A DNA stretch of 32,000 nucleotides from Candidatus Pelagibacter ubique HTCC1062 (GTDB lineage Bacteria > Pseudomonadota > Alphaproteobacteria > Pelagibacterales > Pelagibacteraceae): positions 180,001 to 212,000 of the forward strand of contig NC_007205.1 in NCBI RefSeq assembly GCF_000012345.1, read 5' to 3'. The notes under the pieces are model-generated. The model saw only the letters and a list, made by a program, of their open reading frames with translations, ran no database searches and was not told where the DNA came from. A program made the translations under genes and the position numbers. Of the stretch, positions 25,857 through 32,000 are shown piece by piece. Numbering within the stretch: the first letter of the stretch is position 1; every line of letters starts with the position of its first letter.

Positions 25857-27050
25857 TTGGGGACATATGAAATGCAAAAATTTAAAACAGTTGATGAGCT
25901 TATAAATCAACTAAAACCAGAAAAGCCTATTTATTGTATTAGAAAAAAATCTATACAGTCTGCTTCTACTTATTTTAGGAATAAATTTCCTGGTAAAGTT
26001 CTATATGCTGTTAAAACTAACTCACATCCTGAGGTTTTAAAAACAATAGTAGAAAGTGGAATTGAAAACTTTGATGTAGCTTCAATTCAAGAGATTAAAG
26101 ACATAAGAGCTATCTCCCCTGATGCAAAATGCTCATATATGCATACTGTTAAGAGTAGAGAAAGTATTAAGGAAGCTTACTTTAACTACAATATTAAAGC
26201 TTTTTCTTTAGACACTAAAGATGAATTAATAAAAATTATTGAAGCAACCAATCAAGCAAAAGATCTTGAATTATTTGTAAGGGTTGCTGTTTCAAATGAA
26301 CATGCTGAAATAGATCTATCTAAAAAATTTGGTGTTTTAACCTCTGAAGCTACTGGTTTATTAAGACTAACGAAACAATATGCAAAAAAAATCGGCTTAA
26401 GTTTTCATGTTGGTTCTCAATGTATGCACCCAATTTCTTATGCAAAAGGAATTGGGGAGATTGGAAACATAATAAAAAAAACAAAAATTATTCCTGATTA
26501 CATAAACATTGGTGGTGGATTTCCTGCAATCTATCCTAATTTAGTACCTCAACCTTTAGAAAATTATTTTGAAGAAATAAAAAAAAGTTTAACTAATTTA
26601 GAACTAGAAAAACTTCCAGAATTATTATGTGAGCCTGGAAGAGCAATAGTTGCAGAAAGTGGTTCTACAATTGTCAGAGTAAATCTTAGAAAAAAACAAA
26701 AACTTTATATAAATGATGGAACATACGGAACTCTTTTTGATGCTGGTACACCAAATATGGTTTACCCATCTCGTTTAATTAAATCTAGCAAGATAATATC
26801 AAAAAAATTAACTGCTTTTGATTTTTATGGCCCCACCTGCGATAGCATGGATTACATGAAAGGGCCATTTTTACTTCCAAATAATATTAAAGAAAATGAT
26901 TATATTGAACTAGGTCAGCTTGGAGCCTACGGTCTAACTTTTAGAACTCAATTTAATGGTTTTTATTCTAATGAGATTTATGATGTAGAAGATGAGCCAA
27001 TAATGACCATGTATGGTAAAGACAGCAATAAGGCTATACTAGTTGCCTAA
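25857..27050 (+). CDS. Group IV (alanine-racemase-fold) PLP-dependent decarboxylase, ornithine/lysine decarboxylase-like
   Basis: The PLP-lysine motif is VLYAVKTNSHP. It also has HVGSQ, GGGFP, CEPGRAIVAESG and GPTCDSMD. The product is 397 aa from TTG 25857, but ATG 25872 (MQKFKT) is the more likely start. Confidence 0.8.
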   Translation: MGTYEMQKFKTVDELINQLKPEKPIYCIRKKSIQSASTYFRNKFPGKVLYAVKTNSHPEVLKTIVESGIENFDVASIQEIKDIRAISPDAKCSYMHTVKSRESIKEAYFNYNIKAFSLDTKDELIKIIEATNQAKDLELFVRVAVSNEHAEIDLSKKFGVLTSEATGLLRLTKQYAKKIGLSFHVGSQCMHPISYAKGIGEIGNIIKKTKIIPDYINIGGGFPAIYPNLVPQPLENYFEEIKKSLTNLELEKLPELLCEPGRAIVAESGSTIVRVNLRKKQKLYINDGTYGTLFDAGTPNMVYPSRLIKSSKIISKKLTAFDFYGPTCDSMDYMKGPFLLPNNIKENDYIELGQLGAYGLTFRTQFNGFYSNEIYDVEDEPIMTMYGKDSNKAILVA

Positions 27051-28093
27051 TGTCAGAAAACAAAAATTTAACTCATAATAGCAAAAAAAGCTTCTTACAA
27101 AATCCAGTTGAACACATAGATATTACATCGTTTGATGCAAGAAAGATAATTTCCTCAATGGAAAAAATGTCTTTTGTTTCAAGAGAAACAGCAAATGCAG
27201 CCAACATTTTTAATGAAATGATTCAAGATAAGGATTGTACAATTTTTTTAACACTTGCTGGTTCCACTTCTGCTGCGGGATGTATGAATATTTATAAAGA
27301 TTTAGTTAAATACAATATGGTTGATGCAATTATTGCTACAGGAGCTTCAATAGTTGATATGGATTTTTTTGAAGCTTTAGGCTTTAAACATTATCAAGGT
27401 TCACAATTTCAAGATGACACTGAATTAAGAAAAAACTATATAGATAGAATTTACGATACATATATTGATGAAGATGAATTACAGGAATGTGATCAAAAAA
27501 TATGTGAAATAGCAGATACACTTGATCCTAAAAGTTACACATCAAGAGAATTTATTTATGAAATGGGAAAATATTTAAAGAAAAATTCTAAAAAAAAAGA
27601 CTCTTTAATTGAAACTGCATATGACAATAATGTTCCCATTTTTTGTCCTGCATTTACAGACTCGAGTGCTGGTTTTGGATTGGTCACTCATCAAGAAAAT
27701 AATCCTAAAAACCATATTACGATAGATTCTATTAGAGAGCTTCGTGAATTAACTGAAATAAAGATTCAATCAAAAGGATCTGGCTTATTTATGATTGGTG
27801 GAGGAGTTCCTAAAAACTTTGTTCAAGATACTGTTATCTGTGCTGAACTTTTAGGAAAAGAGGTTGAGATGCATAAATATGCAGTTCAAATTACAGTAGC
27901 AGACTCTAGAGATGGTGCTTGCAGCAGCTCTACATTAAAAGAGGCAAGCTCGTGGGGTAAAGTAGATATTGCAAAAGAACAAATGGTTTTTGCAGAAGCA
28001 ACTAGTGTCCTTCCTTTGATTGCAAGCGATGCTTATCATAAAGGTGATTGGAAAAATAGAACGAGAAAAAACTTCTCAAAAATATTTAAATAA
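27050..28093 (+). CDS. Deoxyhypusine synthase-like protein (candidate homospermidine-synthase-type aminobutyl transferase)
   Basis: DHS-family pattern: LTLAGSTSAAG, AIIATGASIVD, DRIYDTYI, FCPAFTDSS.G and MIGGGVPKNF. The catalytic-lysine motif is EASSWGKV (compare eukaryotic EAVSWGKI). Its start overlaps the upstream stop (TAATG). Confidence 0.85.
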   Translation: MSENKNLTHNSKKSFLQNPVEHIDITSFDARKIISSMEKMSFVSRETANAANIFNEMIQDKDCTIFLTLAGSTSAAGCMNIYKDLVKYNMVDAIIATGASIVDMDFFEALGFKHYQGSQFQDDTELRKNYIDRIYDTYIDEDELQECDQKICEIADTLDPKSYTSREFIYEMGKYLKKNSKKKDSLIETAYDNNVPIFCPAFTDSSAGFGLVTHQENNPKNHITIDSIRELRELTEIKIQSKGSGLFMIGGGVPKNFVQDTVICAELLGKEVEMHKYAVQITVADSRDGACSSSTLKEASSWGKVDIAKEQMVFAEATSVLPLIASDAYHKGDWKNRTRKNFSKIFK

Positions 28094-28095
28094 AA

Positions 28096-28971
28096 TTGAA
28101 ATATCTTTCTAATAAAAATGGTTTTCTAGGAATTGACAATGATGTTAATTTTAAAGAAAAAGTAGTAGTTGTTCCATTTGGTTTAGAAAAAACTGTAAGT
28201 TATGGTGGTGGCACTCGTAATGGCCCTAAAGAAATCATCAAAGCATCTCATCAAGTAGAGCTATATGATGAAGAGTTACATTGTGAGCCCTATAAAAAAA
28301 TTGGGATCAAAACTTTAAAACCATTTAAAATTGATAAAGACATTAAAAAAGCTCTTAAAAAGATGTCTGATATAAATCAAGAAATATTAGATAAAAAATT
28401 ATTTCCAATCACTTTTGGTGGAGAGCACTCAATAACACCTGGATGTATTGCTCCATTTGTAAAAAAATACAAAGATATATGTTTACTACATTTTGATGCG
28501 CATGCAGATTTAAGAGAGAGTTATAATGGTGAAAAATTTTCACATGCTTCAGCTATTAAGAGATGTCTTGATCATAAAAATGTTTCCATAATTTCATTTG
28601 GGATCAGAAATATATCTCAAAGTGAAATACCATTCTTAAAAAAAAACTCATCTAGGATTAATATCTTTTGGGCAAAAGACAAAAATAAATGGGATCTAAA
28701 AAAATTTAAAAAAATGATAAAGAATAAAACAGTTTATTTAACATTTGATGTTGATGGTTTAGATTCAAGCATAATGCCCGCAACAGGCACACCTGAACCA
28801 GGTGGACTATTGTGGGATGAAACTTTAGATATCATACGGATAGCTGCTAAAAACTCTAATATTGTTGGTGCAGATATAAATGAACTTTCACCTATAAAAG
28901 GTTTTAATTCTTACAATTTTCTTGTAGCAAAACTTGCTTATAAAATATTGTCGTACAAATTTTTATACTAA
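28096..28971 (+). CDS. speB: Arginase-family ureohydrolase (agmatinase-like)
   Basis: Mn-binding motifs are present: FGGEHSIT, LHFDAHADLR, LTFDVDGLD and TPEPGG. The start is TTG, 2 nt after the upstream stop. There is no in-frame ATG before the conserved VVPFG...GGGTRNGP region. Confidence 0.8.
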   Translation: MKYLSNKNGFLGIDNDVNFKEKVVVVPFGLEKTVSYGGGTRNGPKEIIKASHQVELYDEELHCEPYKKIGIKTLKPFKIDKDIKKALKKMSDINQEILDKKLFPITFGGEHSITPGCIAPFVKKYKDICLLHFDAHADLRESYNGEKFSHASAIKRCLDHKNVSIISFGIRNISQSEIPFLKKNSSRINIFWAKDKNKWDLKKFKKMIKNKTVYLTFDVDGLDSSIMPATGTPEPGGLLWDETLDIIRIAAKNSNIVGADINELSPIKGFNSYNFLVAKLAYKILSYKFLY

Positions 28972-29522
28972 GCTTTTGAAGCTTTAAAAGTTCCTAATAA
29001 TAATCTAAATGGAATTAACATTGCTAAAGCAACAAATATTTTAACAGCTAAATCACCTAGAGATAAAGTGACCCATGGTATTCCCGTTGCATAAAATGAG
29101 ATGGAGAAGAATAAAAATGTGTCAACAGTAGACCCAATTAACGAGGAAGTTAATGGAGCAATAAACCATTTCTTTTTTCTTAAATAGTCAAAAATTTGAA
29201 CATCTAACAACTGTGCAACCATAAATGCTATACCTGAACCTATAGCAATTCTAACTGAAATTAAGTCTGCAAAATTTGTTGAAAAGAAAAGAGTAAATAC
29301 AATCCCTATAATAAAGCCAACATAAACAATTTTTCTAGCTACAACCTTGCCATAAGATCTATTTCCCAGATCCGTAATTAAAAAAGCAACTGGATAGCTA
29401 AAAGCACCATAAGTTAATATTTCTTCTAAACCATAATAATTGATTGGAAATTGTACTAAATAATTTGAAGTTAAGACAACAACTCCCATTATAAATGAGA
29501 GTAGTATAAAAAACTTTTTCAT
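28968..29522 (-). CDS. yhhQ: Queuosine-precursor transporter (YhhQ/DUF165, VUT family)
   Basis: Contains LTYGAFSYPVAFLITDL..R.YG...AR and GS.VDT.LFF. It has 6 TM helices. Its start overlaps the rpmB stop by 1 nt (TAATG). Confidence 0.8.
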   Translation of the reverse strand: MKKFFILLSFIMGVVVLTSNYLVQFPINYYGLEEILTYGAFSYPVAFLITDLGNRSYGKVVARKIVYVGFIIGIVFTLFFSTNFADLISVRIAIGSGIAFMVAQLLDVQIFDYLRKKKWFIAPLTSSLIGSTVDTFLFFSISFYATGIPWVTLSLGDLAVKIFVALAMLIPFRLLLGTFKASKA

Positions 29523-29845
29523 TAAGCTGATTTACTAGGAGATGCTTTTGGTGCTTTTTTAATAAAAGGTGATTTAATTAATATACTTTTTTTTAATTTT
29601 TTTAGTCTAGGCGAAATATTTTTATTTTTTACAGTCTTTAAAAACTGATCAAAAGTACCTTTTTTATCAACGCTTCTAACACCGGCATTACTAACAGTTA
29701 AAGTTAGACTTCTTTTCAAAAGTTCACTTGTAAATTTAGCTTTTTTTAAATTAGGTAGAAATCTTCTTTTAGTCTTATTGTTAGCGTGACTAACATTGTG
29801 ACCTTTCATAGGAATTTTACCAGTTAATTCACATTTTTTAGACAT
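29522..29845 (-). CDS. rpmB: 50S ribosomal protein L28
   Basis: The N-terminus [10 protein letters not shown]....[19 protein letters not shown] is the canonical L28 N-terminus. A Lys-rich C-terminal extension brings it to 107 aa. Confidence 0.92.
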   Translation of the reverse strand: MSKKCELTGKIPMKGHNVSHANNKTKRRFLPNLKKAKFTSELLKRSLTLTVSNAGVRSVDKKGTFDQFLKTVKNKNISPRLKKLKKSILIKSPFIKKAPKASPSKSA

Positions 29846-29858
29846 AATATTTAGTGAC

Positions 29859-29887
29859 TATATAAGATGTGTTCATGATCTCGTCAA
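29859..29887 (-). promoter_or_regulatory. Sigma70-like promoter candidate for rpmB-yhhQ
   Basis: The minus strand reads TTGACG (29887-29882), a 17-nt spacer, then TATATA (29864-29859). That is 13 nt upstream of the rpmB ATG and implies a very short leader. AT-rich context reduces specificity. Confidence 0.4.
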
Positions 29888-29898
29888 GTTTATTAGGA

Positions 29899-30951
29899 TC
29901 AATTAGTCAGCTTCTTTCCTATTATTTCTTTAAAATTCTTAATACCTTCGTCAATTAATATTTCTTTAAGCTCTTTTTTTATCTTTCCTACAATGTTTGG
30001 TCCTTGAAAAACCATTCCTGTATATAATTGAACATAGCTAGCTCCTGCCTGAAACTTTTTATAAGCACTTTCTCCCGAGTCCACACCTCCTACACCTATA
30101 ATTTCAATCTTGCCCTTAAGCAGTTTATAAAACTTACTTATTAGTTTATTGGCCTCTTCCTCTAGTGGCTTGCCTGATAGCCCACCCTTTTGATGCTTTA
30201 AAATATTATTCAATTTTTCTCTATTTTTAGCTGTTGTGTTTGAAACAATTATTGCACTAACTTTATGTTTAATTAAAATTTTACTTATTAGTTCAATTTG
30301 TTCGTCTGAAATATCTGGAGAGATTTTTACTACAATTGGAATTTTTGATTTAAGTTTAACTTTTTCTTTTTCTATTGCATTCAACAATTCATCAAATTTA
30401 GTCTCATCATGAAAAGCTCTTAGATTTTCCGTGTTAGGCGAAGAAATATTAACTGCAATATAGTCAGCGATATCATAAAAGTTTCTAAGTCCAATCAAAT
30501 AATCATTTAATCTATCTTCACTATCTTTATTGGGACCTATGTTGATTCCTAATAAACCTTTATGTGAATTAGATCTAATTCTATGGCTAATATTTTCTGC
30601 TCCTAAATTATTAAAACCTAACCTATTTATAAGAGCCTGATCTTCAACCAACCTAAAAACTCTTGGCTTTGGATTTCCATATTGCTCAAGTGGGGTAACC
30701 GTTCCTACTTCAACAAAACCAAACCCAAGTTTAAACAGTGGGTTATAAACTTCAGCATTTTTATCAAACCCGGCAGCCATTCCTATTGGATTATCTATAT
30801 TCTTACCAAATAAATTAGTCTTAAATATTGGATCTCCTTTATTTTGATCAGCTATGTTTGGTAATATGTTTAGTTTTAAAGACTTAATTGCTAAATTATG
30901 AGCAGTTTCAGGATCAATTTTGAAAATTAGTGATCTGAATTTTGAAAACAT
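29899..30951 (-). CDS. pyrD: Dihydroorotate dehydrogenase (quinone), class 2
   Basis: Contains N.IGMAAGFDKN, GFGFVEVGTVTP, NRLGFNN, INIGPNK, VNISSPNT, GGLSGKPL and GVGGV.SG. Its start overlaps the lysK stop by 1 nt. Confidence 0.92.
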   Translation of the reverse strand: MFSKFRSLIFKIDPETAHNLAIKSLKLNILPNIADQNKGDPIFKTNLFGKNIDNPIGMAAGFDKNAEVYNPLFKLGFGFVEVGTVTPLEQYGNPKPRVFRLVEDQALINRLGFNNLGAENISHRIRSNSHKGLLGINIGPNKDSEDRLNDYLIGLRNFYDIADYIAVNISSPNTENLRAFHDETKFDELLNAIEKEKVKLKSKIPIVVKISPDISDEQIELISKILIKHKVSAIIVSNTTAKNREKLNNILKHQKGGLSGKPLEEEANKLISKFYKLLKGKIEIIGVGGVDSGESAYKKFQAGASYVQLYTGMVFQGPNIVGKIKKELKEILIDEGIKNFKEIIGKKLTN

Positions 30952-32000
30952 TATTTTATTTTTTCTTTAATTAACTCTTTAGTTTCGTTTACTCCAAAAA
31001 AACTTATAAAAAATCCCATTCTTGGTCCATTTTCATCTCCAAAAACAACCTCATAAATTAATTTAAACCAATCACGCAAGTTTTCTGCGTAACCATTTTC
31101 TTTTCCCGTTGAATAAATTAATGTCTGAATATCCTCAGGCAACATCTTATCATTGCAGCTATCAAGAGACTTAACCAGTGCTTCTAATGCAACTTTTTCA
31201 TTTGCATCAGGGGTTTTGTATTTTTTTTGTAATTTTATTACGTCATTAAAATACTTAATCGCATAACCTATAAGATTATCAAAAATTGGGTGTTCTTTTT
31301 CTAAAAGGTTTTTTTTATATTTTTTTACAAACTTCCAAAGTAACTCCTTAGAGTCTGCATTGCTCGTTTCTACTAAATTTAAAAGCATTGAAAAGCTCAT
31401 AATAGTATCTTCTTTAGGAATTAATCCATTATGCACATGCCAAACAGGATTCATTAATAGCTGTAACTCATTTTGTGTTTTAGCTTTTTCTATAAAGTCC
31501 AAGTACTCATCGACTGTTTTAGGAACTATTTCTTTATATAGTTTTTTTGCTCTTTTGGGATTTTGATACATATACAATGAAAGACTTTCGGGTGATGCAT
31601 ACTCCAGCCACTGATCAATTGTAATTCCATTTCCTTTTGATTTGGATATTTTTTCTCCTTTTTCATCTAAAAAAAGCTCATAAGCAAACCCAGATGGGTT
31701 TGTTTTTCCAATTAACTTGATTATTTTTGATGATAATATTGCACTTTCAATTAGATCTTTTCCATACATTTCAAAATCTATATCAAGAGCGTACCATCTC
31801 ATTGCCCAATCTACTTTCCATTGTAATTTGCAATTCCCATCGAAGATACTTACCTCAAGTTTTTTTCCATTATTATCAAATATAATTTTGGATTTTTCTT
31901 TTAGTATTTCTAAAACTGGAATTTCTAAAACCTTACCGGTGTCTGGACAAATTGGTAAAAATGGACTGTAAGTTTTTTGTCTTTCTTTCCCTAGTGTTGG
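30951..32000 (-). CDS. lysK: Lysyl-tRNA synthetase, class I (archaeal/alphaproteobacterial type), 5'-truncated by the window edge
   Basis: The reading frame stays open upstream of the track's Met at 31802 to the window end (...SPFLPICPDTGKVLEIPV...CKLQWKVDWAMRWYALDIDFEMYGKDL). The KMSKS-type loop is KISKSKGNG. Confidence 0.9.
   Translation of the reverse strand, partial: PTLGKERQKTYSPFLPICPDTGKVLEIPVLEILKEKSKIIFDNNGKKLEVSIFDGNCKLQWKVDWAMRWYALDIDFEMYGKDLIESAILSSKIIKLIGKTNPSGFAYELFLDEKGEKISKSKGNGITIDQWLEYASPESLSLYMYQNPKRAKKLYKEIVPKTVDEYLDFIEKAKTQNELQLLMNPVWHVHNGLIPKEDTIMSFSMLLNLVETSNADSKELLWKFVKKYKKNLLEKEHPIFDNLIGYAIKYFNDVIKLQKKYKTPDANEKVALEALVKSLDSCNDKMLPEDIQTLIYSTGKENGYAENLRDWFKLIYEVVFGDENGPRMGFFISFFGVNETKELIKEKIK

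Noticed and set aside
9882-31971. Remaining short track ORFs: 9882-10070(-), 15629-15826(+), 17876-18070(+), 19317-19559(+), 20453-20683(+), 31360-31566(+), 31717-31971(+)
   Set aside because: Each lies wholly inside, and antisense to, a longer ORF with clear family motifs (MFP, murU/amgK, ahcY, chvG, chvI, lysK). None has a recognisable domain or RBS.
1-32000. Genomic island, prophage, defence system or toxin-antitoxin content
   Set aside because: There is no integrase, transposase, tRNA attachment site, flanking direct repeat, compositional shift or defence-type domain (nuclease, helicase, methylase, TIR, STAND etc.). Every ORF over 100 aa has a plausible housekeeping or envelope assignment. 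The window looks like conserved core chromosome.

Overview
This is a very AT-rich, very gene-dense chromosomal segment. I call 34 CDS, two of them cut by the window edges. Most intergenic gaps are under 60 nt, and many genes overlap by 1-17 nt. There are no rRNA or tRNA genes, CRISPR arrays, transposases, integrases or phage genes. The content is core housekeeping of a streamlined alphaproteobacterium. The supporting genes are class I LysRS, ChvI/ChvG, a RegA/ActR-type regulator, a ROSE-like sHSP leader, and the tsaE-amgK-murU block. The extreme AT bias and packing fit SAR11/Pelagibacterales best, but that assignment is inference. Gene order: GT9 glycosyltransferase (partial), membrane J-protein, oligopeptidase B, IbpA-like sHSP, small lipoprotein, AzgA-type purine permease, purine PRTase, DUF1330, AlkA-like glycosylase, EamA transporter, MsrA, rhodanese SseA, RND adaptor and pump, SLT-like lipoprotein, VanZ-like protein, GpmA, MurU-like, AmgK-like, TsaE, AhcY, ChvG, ChvI, PolA, orphan ABC ATPase, BioY, RegA, ODC-like decarboxylase, deoxyhypusine-synthase-like protein, agmatinase-like ureohydrolase, YhhQ, L28, PyrD, and class I LysRS (partial). 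I do not see a defence island, a mobile element or a clearly unprecedented multi-gene system. The best candidates for a second look are: (1) the decarboxylase/DHS-like/ureohydrolase polyamine operon, whose substrate logic is unresolved, together with a 38-codon Cys-rich upstream ORF; (2) a sigma32-type promoter plus ROSE-like RNA thermometer in front of the sHSP gene; (3) a Tim14/Pam18-like membrane J-protein; (4) several tightly coupled gene pairs (msrA-sseA-RND, rpmB-yhhQ, SLT-VanZ, ABC ATPase-bioY); (5) six convergent gene pairs that overlap at their stop codons with no terminator between them. All functional calls rest on motif recognition by eye. No searches were run.
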